From positions 11,235-75,234 of the forward strand of contig JACQWM010000053.1 in assembly GCA_016209275.1 (NCBI GenBank): DNA of 64,000 nt. Direction: 5' to 3'. Under the pieces are notes generated by a model. The model saw only the letters and a program-made list of their open reading frames with translations, did no database searches and was not told where the DNA came from. Positions 48,730 through 57,145 of the stretch are shown in pieces. Each line of letters opens with the position of its first letter. Positions within the stretch are counted from its first letter, which is position 1. Source of the DNA: Candidatus Omnitrophota bacterium (GTDB taxonomy: Bacteria; Omnitrophota; Gorgyraeia; Aquiviventales; Aquiviventaceae). The position numbers and the translations under genes were made by a program.

Positions 48730-49797
48730 ATGGCCACCACGCCTTCGGAACGCGCCTCTGAACGACGATCCGCCCCCAAGCGATCGTCTCCGCTCCCCAA
48801 GCGGGCGGCAGCGACCAGCGGCGGGTTGAACGGCTATCGGTACGATTTCGAAAAGCCTATCGCCGAGCTAGAGCGCCGCCTCAGCGAGCTCCAATCAGCG
48901 CCGGATCGCGAGCGAAACGCCGAGCTCGCGGCGTCTCTCCAAGCGCAGCTTGAGCAGCTCAAGCGCGCCGTCTACGCCAATCTCACCCCCTGGCAGCGCG
49001 TGCAGTTGGCCCGGCATCCCCAGCGGCCCTACACCCTGGATTATCTGCCGCTGCTGCTGACGGACTTCGTGCAGCTGCACGGCGATCGGCTCTTCAGCGA
49101 TGATCGCGCCATGGTCGGCGGCGTGGGAACATTTGACGGGCGCTCCTGCGTGGTCATCGGCCATCAAAAAGGCCGGGACACGAAGGAAAATTTGATGCGC
49201 AATTTCGGCTCGGCCCATCCGGAAGGCTACCGCAAGGCGCTGCGCCTGATGCGGCTCGGGGAGAAATTCCACTGGCCGGTGTTCATCTTCATTGATACGC
49301 CGGGGGCTTATCCAGGGATCGGAGCGGAGGAGCGCGGCCAGGCCCACTCCATCGCCTTCAACATGCGCGAGATGGCCGGCTTAAAGATTCCGATGTACAT
49401 CTGCGTCATCGGCGAGGGCGGCTCAGGCGGCGCGCTTGGCATCGGCGTGGGGGATTGGATGGCCATGCTGCAGCACGCGTACTACTCGGTGATCTCGCCG
49501 GAGGGGTGCGCGGCCATTTTGTGGCGGGATCGCGCGCGGGCACCTGAGGCCGCCGCCGCCCTCAAGCTCACCTCGGATGATTTATTGCGCGTGGGGATTG
49601 CTGATGAAGTGCTTGACGAGCCGCTCGGCGGCGCCCATCAAGATCCCGCGGCGGTGGCGCGCCAGATCAAGACGTCGATACAGCGATTCTTGCGCCTGAC
49701 GGATGGGCTGCCGGTGGCCGCGCTGCTCGCGCGCCGCTACGAGCGCTTTCGACGGATCGGCGTCTTCTCCGCCCAACCGCTGCCGCACGCTTCTTAA
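48730..49797 (+). CDS. accA: Acetyl-CoA carboxylase carboxyltransferase alpha subunit
   Basis: DFEKPI, ARHP.RP, LHGDR, PEGYRKA, IDTPGAYPG, GEGGSGGA, ISPEGCA. Confidence 0.96.
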   Translation: MATTPSERASERRSAPKRSSPLPKRAAATSGGLNGYRYDFEKPIAELERRLSELQSAPDRERNAELAASLQAQLEQLKRAVYANLTPWQRVQLARHPQRPYTLDYLPLLLTDFVQLHGDRLFSDDRAMVGGVGTFDGRSCVVIGHQKGRDTKENLMRNFGSAHPEGYRKALRLMRLGEKFHWPVFIFIDTPGAYPGIGAEERGQAHSIAFNMREMAGLKIPMYICVIGEGGSGGALGIGVGDWMAMLQHAYYSVISPEGCAAILWRDRARAPEAAAALKLTSDDLLRVGIADEVLDEPLGGAHQDPAAVARQIKTSIQRFLRLTDGLPVAALLARRYERFRRIGVFSAQPLPHAS

Positions 49798-50171
49798 CCC
49801 GCCGTCCCCAGCGCTTCCTCGACCCGCCGCAAGAGCATCACGTGCGTTCCGGGTTTTCCCATGATGTGGCCTCGCGGATCATCCGGCGCGATCGGCTGCC
49901 AATGCTCCGGCGGAAAATCCGCGGTGAAGATGATGATGGGGACCGTGGCGGTGCTCGGCCGCGACCGAAGCGCGGCATAGACCTCGGTGCCTTTCTGATC
50001 CGGCATCCGCTGGTCGATGAGGATCAAATCATGAGACTGCGCCTCCGCCAAGCGCAGCCCCTCGCCTCCGGAGCCGGCCACAGCCACGTCAAAGCCATGG
50101 TTTTTGAGCCGGACCGCAAACGCCAGCCGGTTATCCGCGTTATCGTCGATCAACAACAGCCGCTTTGGCAT
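49794..50171 (-). CDS. Single-domain response regulator
   Basis: LLLIDDN, DLILIDQRMP, FTA, KP. Confidence 0.85.
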   Translation of the reverse strand: MPKRLLLIDDNADNRLAFAVRLKNHGFDVAVAGSGGEGLRLAEAQSHDLILIDQRMPDQKGTEVYAALRSRPSTATVPIIIFTADFPPEHWQPIAPDDPRGHIMGKPGTHVMLLRRVEEALGTAG

Positions 50172-50192
50172 CTGTTCCAGGCGATATCAGAG

Positions 50193-50276
50193 TGCCGGAG
50201 GAGGGAGTCGAACCCTCATGGCCTTGCGACCACGGGTTTTTGAGACCCGCGTGTATACCAGTTCCACCACCCCGGC
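50193..50276 (-). tRNA. tRNA-Leu(CAA)
   Basis: GCCGGGGTGGTGGAACTGGTATACACG-CGGGT CT CAA AA ACCCG-long variable arm-GAGGGTTCGACTCCCTCCTCCGGCA; CCA not encoded. Confidence 0.95.
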
Positions 50277-50284
50277 CTGAAGTT

Positions 50285-50377
50285 CGATATCAGATATGAA
50301 ATAGCCATTTCATATCTGATATGAAACAGGCAATCCATATCAGATATCAAAACGCCATTTCATATCTGATATCGCCT
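50285..50377. repeat. Tandem doublet of GATATC-family hairpins (copies 6 and 7); matching half-site at 50179-50191
   Basis: CGATATCAGATATGAAAT-agcc-ATTTCATATCTGATATG ... CATATCAGATATCAAAA-cgcc-ATTTCATATCTGATATCGCCT. Confidence 0.85.
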
Positions 50378-50384
50378 TGTCGGT

Positions 50385-51137
50385 TCACTTCTTTTCGAGG
50401 AAGGGCTTGATCAGATCAATCGGAATCGGAAAGATCGTCGTGGAGTTTTTGTCCGACGTGGCGATTTCGGCCAGTGTTTGCAGGTAGCGCATCTGCAGCG
50501 ACATGGGCTGCTCGCTCATTAAGGCCGCGGCATCCACCAGCTTCTGGGCCGCCTGAAATTCCGCGTCCGCCCCGATGATCTTCGCCCGCCGCACCCGCTC
50601 GGCCTCGGCCTGCCTGGCCATCGCGCGCCGGATCTCTTCCGGCAGGTCGACCTGTTTGGTTTCGACGGCTGACACTTTAACCCCCCACGGGTCGGTGTGC
50701 CGATCGATGAGCGCTTGGAGCTGCTGGTTGAGTTTGTCGCGCTGGGCGAGCAGTTCATCCAATTCAACTTGTCCCAGCACGCTGCGCAGGGTGGTCTGGG
50801 CCATCTGGGAGGTGGCGAAGAGGTAGTCTTCCACTTCCACAATGGCCTTGTTCGGATCGATCACGCGGAAGTAGATCACCGCGTTGACCTTAATCGACAC
50901 GTTATCTTTCGTGATCACATCTTGCGGCGGCACATCCAGGGTGACCGTGCGCAAGCTGATGCGCACCATCCGGTCGATCGGAAACAGAATGAAAATCAGC
51001 CCCGGTCCGAGCGGTTGCGAGAGCATGCGTCCCAAGCGAAACACGACGCCGCGCTCGTATTCATTCAAGATTTTGATGCAGTTCATCACCCAGAAGACCA
51101 GTAAGATGACGACTGGAAACAGCCCATAGCCCACCAT
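50385..51137 (-). CDS. Slipin/SPFH (stomatin-like) protein
   Basis: [46 protein letters not shown]. Confidence 0.93.
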   Translation of the reverse strand: MVGYGLFPVVILLVFWVMNCIKILNEYERGVVFRLGRMLSQPLGPGLIFILFPIDRMVRISLRTVTLDVPPQDVITKDNVSIKVNAVIYFRVIDPNKAIVEVEDYLFATSQMAQTTLRSVLGQVELDELLAQRDKLNQQLQALIDRHTDPWGVKVSAVETKQVDLPEEIRRAMARQAEAERVRRAKIIGADAEFQAAQKLVDAAALMSEQPMSLQMRYLQTLAEIATSDKNSTTIFPIPIDLIKPFLEKK

Positions 51138-52528
51138 TATGCCCCTCCTGGCTTGGCCCCGCCGTTGACGGCGTGAACCGGCTCAACGAACAATTGAAGC
51201 CCTTCGATCTTCTTGATCCGCACGCGCGCGCCTTCAGGCACCGTCTTGCTGCTCACAGCGCTCCACAGCTCTCCGTGGACAAACACGGTGCCGTCAGGTT
51301 TTAGCGCCGTCCTCGCCACCCCGATGGATCCGATCAGTCCCTGGACGCCTGTCGTGACGCGCCGGCGCTGGGCGCTGAGTGCGCGTGTCACGACGAAGAG
51401 GATGATGCCGGCTAGCGTGGCGACCGTCGGCACAATGACGTTCCAGGACACGCGCAGCGTCGGGTCCGGAGATTCAAAGAGCATGAGGCTGCCCAGGGTC
51501 AGCGCGATGATGCCTCCGACGGCCAGCAGGCCATGGCTGATGATTTTGATTTCGGCGATCAAGAGTCCGACGCCCAGCAGAATCAGGGCGACGGCGGCAT
51601 AATTGATCGGCAGCGCTTGAAACGCATAAAGCGCTAACAGCAGACAGATCAATCCGGCAATGCCGGGAAAACCAACGCCAGGATGCGTGAACTCCACGAA
51701 CAAGCCAAGCAGGCCGGCGAGCATGAGCAGATAGGCGATGTTGGGATTGGTGATGACGGCCAAAAATTCCTGGCGCTTGGACATCGGCACCGTCACCACA
51801 TCGGCCGGCACCGTATGCAGCTCAACCGGGGTACCGGCGAGCTCAATTTTTCGTCCTTCGATTTTTTTCAGCAACTCCGGGACATCGATCGCAATCAGAT
51901 CGATGACGTGTTCCTTGAGCGCCTCAGTTTCCGTGATCGAAAAGCTGTGCGTCACGGCTTTTTTGGCCCACTCCTCGTTGCGTCCGCGAGTCTTCGCGAT
52001 GGTGGTGACCCAGGCTACCGTGTCGTTGATGATTTTCTCGGTCATGGGATCGGTCTCGGTTTCTTCCACTTCTTCTTTTTCTTTCTCTTTTTCGCCAGTG
52101 GCTCGCTTCACTAATCGTTTAATCGGTCCGCCCTCGCCCATGACCACCGGATGGGCCGCGCCAATGTTCGTCGAGGGCGCCATCGCCGCCACGTGCGCGG
52201 CGAGCGTGATGAAGACACCGGCCGAACCGGCCCGGGAGCCTGAGGGGGCCACGTAAACCGCAATCGGCACTTTGGCGTTCATCATGCGCTTGACGATCGC
52301 GCGGGTCGATTCCAGCAAGCCGCCCGGCGTATCGAGCTTGATCACGAGGCAGACCGCGCCGTCAGACTCGGAGCGCTCAATCGCATCGACAATATATTGC
52401 TGTGTGACCGGGCTGATGATCTGATTATCCAGCTCGATGACATTGACGTGGGCGGCTTCGCTGGCGGCGCTGCGTAGCCCAGTTAACCCACAGATTCCGA
52501 TGATCAGCAAATATCGAAAAAGTTTCAT
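51137..52528 (-). CDS. nfeD: NfeD membrane-bound serine protease
   Basis: [32 protein letters not shown]; start ATG 52528; canonical partner of slipin. Confidence 0.9.
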   Translation of the reverse strand: MKLFRYLLIIGICGLTGLRSAASEAAHVNVIELDNQIISPVTQQYIVDAIERSESDGAVCLVIKLDTPGGLLESTRAIVKRMMNAKVPIAVYVAPSGSRAGSAGVFITLAAHVAAMAPSTNIGAAHPVVMGEGGPIKRLVKRATGEKEKEKEEVEETETDPMTEKIINDTVAWVTTIAKTRGRNEEWAKKAVTHSFSITETEALKEHVIDLIAIDVPELLKKIEGRKIELAGTPVELHTVPADVVTVPMSKRQEFLAVITNPNIAYLLMLAGLLGLFVEFTHPGVGFPGIAGLICLLLALYAFQALPINYAAVALILLGVGLLIAEIKIISHGLLAVGGIIALTLGSLMLFESPDPTLRVSWNVIVPTVATLAGIILFVVTRALSAQRRRVTTGVQGLIGSIGVARTALKPDGTVFVHGELWSAVSSKTVPEGARVRIKKIEGLQLFVEPVHAVNGGAKPGGA

Positions 52529-52549
52529 AGTGTTATCGCGAGAAATGCG

Positions 52550-52622
52550 TGGAGCAGACGGGGATCGAACCCGTGACCTCCACAATGCCATTGTGGCGCT
52601 CTCCCAGCTGAGCTACTGCCCC
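52550..52622 (-). tRNA. tRNA-Ala(GGC)
   Basis: GGGGCAGTAGCTCAGCTGGGAGAGCG-CCACA AT GGC AT TGTGG-AGGTCACGGGTTCGATCCCCGTCTGCTCCA. Confidence 0.95.
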
Positions 52623-52706
52623 GCGTGACGGTCACTATACCGTAGCTTACTCGACGGTGTCAATCTCATCGCGTTGTCCCGGCTCAGTATGGTATCATCA
52701 GAAACT

Positions 52707-53585
52707 ATGCGGCTAGGGGTGCACGTGCCGATTGCAGGGGGGCTCCACAAGGCGCTGGCGTGGGCCGGGACGACCGGCTGCACTACGATCCAAATCTTCA
52801 GCCGCAGCCCGCGCGGCGGCAAGGCCCCGCCGATTCTTCCCCAGGTCGCCGCAGACTTTACCCGCCAGCGGCTCGCCTTAGGGATCGAGCCGCTCGCCAT
52901 CCACGCGCCCTACATTATTAATTTGGCCTCGCCTGAGCCGGCTAAGTGGACATGGTTTGTCGAACATTACGGTCAAGAGTACGCGCGAGCGGTCGCGCTT
53001 GGCGCGACGTACTTGGTGACCCATGTCGGTAGCCATCGAGGAGAAGGGGAAACCGAAGGCATCGCGCGCGTTGCCGCGGCCATCAACAAGACGCTGGCAT
53101 CGTCCGATGGAAAGGTCATCATTTTACTCGAGAACACCGCCGGCTCAGGCCAAGGGCTCGGCTACACCGTTGAGCAGTTGGCGGCGATCCGCGCCGGCGT
53201 GAAGGAGCAAGCGCGTGTGGGCATTTGCCTTGATACCGCCCATCTGTTTGCATCCGGCTATGCGATTCATACGCCCGAAGGGCTGGAAGACACGATCGCA
53301 GCCTTTCAACGCGCCGTCGGGATGGAACATCTCAAGCTGATTCATCTCAATGACTCGAAGGTGCCGTTCGGCTCGCGGGTGGATCGCCATTGGCACATCG
53401 GCAAAGGCCATATCGGCCTGCCAGCCTTCCGCCGCATTGTCAATCATCCAAGACTTCAGGACGTCCCCTTCATCCTTGAAACACCAAAAGCCACTGCAGC
53501 AGATGATATCAAGAATCTTACAACCGTCAGACGGCTCGCTAGATCCCTCGGCCCCTCGGCCCCTCGGCCACGTGGTCGCGCATGA
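52707..53585 (+). CDS. nfo: Endonuclease IV
   Basis: LGVHV.IAGG, HAPYIINLAS, LLENTAG, CLDTAH, HLNDSK, DRH, ILETP. Confidence 0.94.
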   Translation: MRLGVHVPIAGGLHKALAWAGTTGCTTIQIFSRSPRGGKAPPILPQVAADFTRQRLALGIEPLAIHAPYIINLASPEPAKWTWFVEHYGQEYARAVALGATYLVTHVGSHRGEGETEGIARVAAAINKTLASSDGKVIILLENTAGSGQGLGYTVEQLAAIRAGVKEQARVGICLDTAHLFASGYAIHTPEGLEDTIAAFQRAVGMEHLKLIHLNDSKVPFGSRVDRHWHIGKGHIGLPAFRRIVNHPRLQDVPFILETPKATAADDIKNLTTVRRLARSLGPSAPRPRGRA

Positions 53586-54289
53586 GGCATGTTCACCCGT
53601 TTGCGCTGTGGGGGGCGGATCATCTCACGGCGCTCGGCCTCGTCCTGGCAGCCATCGCCGCCCTCATCATCGTAGCACCGTCGCTGCGCAGGCAGCAGGA
53701 TCTGCCGCTGCGCCGCGCGTGCGCGCTGCTGCTCTTGGCGAATGAGGCCGGAAGCCTAGCGTGGGCGGCGGCCCACGGGCACGTGCGCGTGCCGCTGCAA
53801 CTGTGCGACTTGGCCGCTTTCCTGACGATTTGGTCCCTGTGGAGCGTGCAGCCATGGGCGTGCGAGCTGGCCTACTTTTGGGGATTGGCCGGCAGCACGC
53901 AAGCGCTGCTCACACCGGATCTGCCATGGGGCTTTCCCGATTATTGGTGGATCAAATTTTTCGCCACCCACGGCGGCGTCGTCATCGGCGTCGTGTATCT
54001 GGCGGCGAGCGGCCGCGTCGCGCCCAGCGGCGGATCGGTCTGGCGAGTATGGCTCATCACCAATGGCTATGTCGCGCTCGCGGGGATCGTCAACTGGCTC
54101 TGGGGCACGAACTACGGATATCTTTCGCATAAGCCGATGCATCCGAGCCTGTTGGACGCTTTCGGCCCATGGCCCTGGTACATCCTCGCCATGGATTTGG
54201 CAGCCCTCGGGCTGTTCCTCTTGTGCTATACTCCTTTCATTAACCACAAGGAGGGCAGATGGCAGCGCGCATCGGCACGTCGGTCGTGA
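53582..54289 (+). CDS. YwaF/TIGR02206 family membrane protein
   Basis: PLQLCD, QALLTPDL, FF.THG, NYGYL..KP..SLLD.FGPWPWY. Confidence 0.85.
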   Translation: MRHVHPFALWGADHLTALGLVLAAIAALIIVAPSLRRQQDLPLRRACALLLLANEAGSLAWAAAHGHVRVPLQLCDLAAFLTIWSLWSVQPWACELAYFWGLAGSTQALLTPDLPWGFPDYWWIKFFATHGGVVIGVVYLAASGRVAPSGGSVWRVWLITNGYVALAGIVNWLWGTNYGYLSHKPMHPSLLDAFGPWPWYILAMDLAALGLFLLCYTPFINHKEGRWQRASARRS

Positions 54290-55167
54290 CGGGCTTTCGC
54301 TCGGCGAACCGCAGTTGGCTAGGCATCGGCCTGTATGCGGCCGGCTGGCTCGTGATCGGGGTCATCAGCCTTGCCAGCCTGCTGGTGACCAGTCCACCGC
54401 AGGCGCTCTTTGAGGACGCCGACACTCCGGCACCCGCGGTGACCGCGCAGGCTGACGCGCAGATGGTCGAAGCGCGCAACACTGAGCGCGAGCGCATCAT
54501 CAACGCCTGGTTTTTCCGCGCGTGGCCCGTGCTGCTGGGGCTCGCCATCGTGTATGTCCTGGCGACGACCTGGCTGACCGGCGGGCAGCTCGGCTACGCG
54601 GCCCAACTCGTCAGAACGCCGCATGCGCATCTTCGGGACTTTCGCGCGGCAGGCTCACGGCACTTCGGCCCCCTCTTGGGCGCGCTGGGATTGGGGCTTG
54701 CGGTCAGCGTCATCGCCTTTGCCGCGGTCATCGCGTTGGTGATGGTGAGCGCGGCCGCCGGCCGGGGCGTGCTCGTCGCACTCAGCGTGGCGGCACTGCT
54801 CGTGGCGAGCGTTGCGCTGGTGTGGCTGGGGGTCCGCCTGGTGTTTTGGTGGATCGCGATCGTCGGCGACGGGCTCGGCCCGATCGCGGCGCTGAAGGCG
54901 AGCTTCCGCGCAACGCGCAAGCGCTGGTGGAGAACCATGGGATTAGTCGCGCTGCTGGGAGTGATCAATGCGGGTGCCAGCATTGTCTGCCGCGCCATCG
55001 TGATTTTTGGCGGCGTGCTGGGCGGTGTCGGCGGCGTGCTGCTGATCCTCGCGGGGGTGCTGCCCTTGATCATCTGGAGTTTGTACTTTACCTTCGTCTT
55101 TACGGCCGCCTCCATCCGGTTTTATGACGATGCGACCAAATCCGCGCCCTCGGCGTCAGTCGCGTAA
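54259..55167 (+). CDS. Hypothetical integral membrane protein
   Basis: Multiple TM; ALKASFRAT motif typical of GDPD membrane-domain-like proteins. Confidence 0.7.
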   Translation: MAARIGTSVVTGFRSANRSWLGIGLYAAGWLVIGVISLASLLVTSPPQALFEDADTPAPAVTAQADAQMVEARNTERERIINAWFFRAWPVLLGLAIVYVLATTWLTGGQLGYAAQLVRTPHAHLRDFRAAGSRHFGPLLGALGLGLAVSVIAFAAVIALVMVSAAAGRGVLVALSVAALLVASVALVWLGVRLVFWWIAIVGDGLGPIAALKASFRATRKRWWRTMGLVALLGVINAGASIVCRAIVIFGGVLGGVGGVLLILAGVLPLIIWSLYFTFVFTAASIRFYDDATKSAPSASVA

Positions 55168-56347
55168 CCAGCGCATCGCCGTCAGCCTGCTGCTCCTTGG
55201 CCTGACCGGCTGCGGAGGGATCAAGGCGTACGTGCGCAGCGGATTCCTGGAGCATCCGCCGCGGCGCGTGGCCATCCTGCCCATGGTGATCACGTATCCG
55301 TACGACCTGGCCGTCGGGCAACCCATCCCGGCGGAGCATCTGCTGGGGCGCGATCTGTTCCGCCAGCGGTTGTACAACGCCTTCGCCCCCTACGGCTATG
55401 AGGATATGCCGCCGGCCGACGTGGATGCGAAACTGGCGGCAGCGTTCGGGCCCCTCGATGAGGGGGTGTGGCGCGCCGCCACACCGCAAGCGCTCGGCGA
55501 TGCCTTGGGCGTTGATGCCGTGGTGCACGGCGAGATCAGCCACATTGCGCACATCGCCTCGCCTGTGTATACCGAAACCAGCCTTGCGGCTTCCTTACGC
55601 ATGGTGGAGACTGCCTCAGGCGATGTGCTGTGGCGCACGCGGGTTCAGGAGGCTGATCGAGGCGGGGCGCTGATGCAGAAAGGCCAGGTGGTGGACTTTG
55701 TGCAAGATCAAATCAGAAGCCGGCGCGCCGACGTCAAATTTCTCCGCGTGGCGGCTGAGGCGGCGCGCGTCGCGTTGAAGGGTCTTCCGAATCCTCCGAT
55801 GGCGGCGGCGCCCCGTGCTCGCGCCTCCACCGCCCCGCGCATCGCGGTGCTGCCGCTGGCAGCCGCGAAACCGTCATTCGGCAAGGGAGCGAAGACGTTG
55901 CGCTATGATCTGGCGGTCAATCTGCAGGACGGGGTATTCGAGGCTGTGGAATTGCAGCACGTTGACGCCGCACTCGCCGCCCACGACGGCATCTCGCTGG
56001 CCGACTTGAGGCAAGCCCTTGGGGCTGACGCCGTGCTGCGGGGCGCCGTGACCGAATGGGGCAAGCATTACCTGCTGCTCCAATCCTGGGTGGCGGCAGG
56101 GCTTGAGCTTGAGCTCGTGGATGCGGCCACCGGCACCGTCCTGTGGAGAGGAAAAAAGACGAGCAGCCGTCAGGCGGGATTGTCGAAAGGGCCCACCGGC
56201 TATAAATCGGTGGTGATGGCGCCCATCACCGGCTTGAAGACCAGGTATTTGGAGCGCGTGGCGGACGGCCTCGCCCGCGACATGGTGGAAGAGCTTGCGG
56301 CCTCGCCTGAGGTCGTGAACTACGTTCAGACCCACCGGTCCCCGTAA
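55124..56347 (+). CDS. DUF799/GNA1162-like lipoprotein with duplicated domain
   Basis: LTGC lipobox; two repeats of VA(I/V)LP..LG.DAV..G...G.VLW. Confidence 0.7.
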   Translation: MTMRPNPRPRRQSRNQRIAVSLLLLGLTGCGGIKAYVRSGFLEHPPRRVAILPMVITYPYDLAVGQPIPAEHLLGRDLFRQRLYNAFAPYGYEDMPPADVDAKLAAAFGPLDEGVWRAATPQALGDALGVDAVVHGEISHIAHIASPVYTETSLAASLRMVETASGDVLWRTRVQEADRGGALMQKGQVVDFVQDQIRSRRADVKFLRVAAEAARVALKGLPNPPMAAAPRARASTAPRIAVLPLAAAKPSFGKGAKTLRYDLAVNLQDGVFEAVELQHVDAALAAHDGISLADLRQALGADAVLRGAVTEWGKHYLLLQSWVAAGLELELVDAATGTVLWRGKKTSSRQAGLSKGPTGYKSVVMAPITGLKTRYLERVADGLARDMVEELAASPEVVNYVQTHRSP

Positions 56348-56359
56348 CCGAGTGCGTTC

Positions 56360-56722
56360 ATGGCGATTGATCCGCGCGCGTTTGCCCGAACGCTGGTGCG
56401 ATTGAACGTCGTCTATACGGCGATCAAGGCCAAAACCACATCGCGCGCGCTCACCCGCGATGTCGGAGGCGAAGGTTTAAGCTTCTTGGCCGATGCGCCC
56501 CTTGAGTTGGGAGAGCAGGTGAAGGCCGAACTCTCCTTGCCGGATCGCGCCGAAGCGATTTCCTTTACCGGGGAAGTCACGCGGTGCACGGCGGCCCCCG
56601 AAACGACTGGAAGCGAAACCGCTGCGCATCTGATTGTGGTGAAATTCGTCATGATCGATCCCAAGCAGTTGTCCATGATTCAGCAATACGTCCGGCTCAA
56701 CGCGCTGCCGCTTGAAGGGTGA
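56360..56722 (+). CDS. PilZ domain protein
   Basis: RAFAR, DVGGEG. Confidence 0.8.
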   Translation: MAIDPRAFARTLVRLNVVYTAIKAKTTSRALTRDVGGEGLSFLADAPLELGEQVKAELSLPDRAEAISFTGEVTRCTAAPETTGSETAAHLIVVKFVMIDPKQLSMIQQYVRLNALPLEG

Positions 56723-57096
56723 TGACGACCGAGCGCTGGCAATTGGTGCGGATCCGATCGCGGCTGAATGCGATCGTGCGGTTTTCGAGCCGCGAAGAGA
56801 TCATCCGAGCGCTCACCCGTGATATCGGCGTCTCAGGCATCCGGCTCCTGACGGAAGGGCCGCTGGCCAGCGGAGAGCTCATCGGGGTGGAGCTCGCCTT
56901 GCCGGATCGCGCGCAGCCCATCGTCTTTACCGGCGAAGTCGTCTGGAGCAAGTCCATCGATGGCGCGGTGGTGGGCGAAGATGAATCCGCGATTGAAAAC
57001 GGCATTAAATTCGTGACGATCGATCCGAAGGACCGCGAAGCCCTCATGCAGTGGGTCGCCCTCAACGCGCTGCATCCTAACCTTGGCGACCGCTAA
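56722..57096 (+). CDS. PilZ domain protein (paralogue)
   Basis: TRDIGVSG, LPDRA.PI.FTGEVVW, GIKF. Confidence 0.8.
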   Translation: MTTERWQLVRIRSRLNAIVRFSSREEIIRALTRDIGVSGIRLLTEGPLASGELIGVELALPDRAQPIVFTGEVVWSKSIDGAVVGEDESAIENGIKFVTIDPKDREALMQWVALNALHPNLGDR

Positions 57097-57138
57097 AAGG
57101 GGTCAGACCCCATTTCAAAAAGGGGTCTGACCTCTTTT
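57095..57138. repeat. GGGGTCAGACCCC double palindrome (REP-like; may act as bidirectional terminator)
   Basis: AAAAGGGGTCAGACCCC-atttcaaaaa-GGGGTCTGACCTCTTTT. Confidence 0.7.
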
Positions 57139-57145
57139 CACAGAC

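Noticed and set aside
52529-52591. N-terminal extension of NfeD in the ORF track
   Set aside because: It overlaps tRNA-Ala; ATG 52528 gives a normal signal peptide.
50193-52622. Integrative element or prophage at the tRNAs
   Set aside because: No integrase, phage genes or duplicated tRNA 3' end seen; the intervening genes are the ordinary nfeD-slipin pair.
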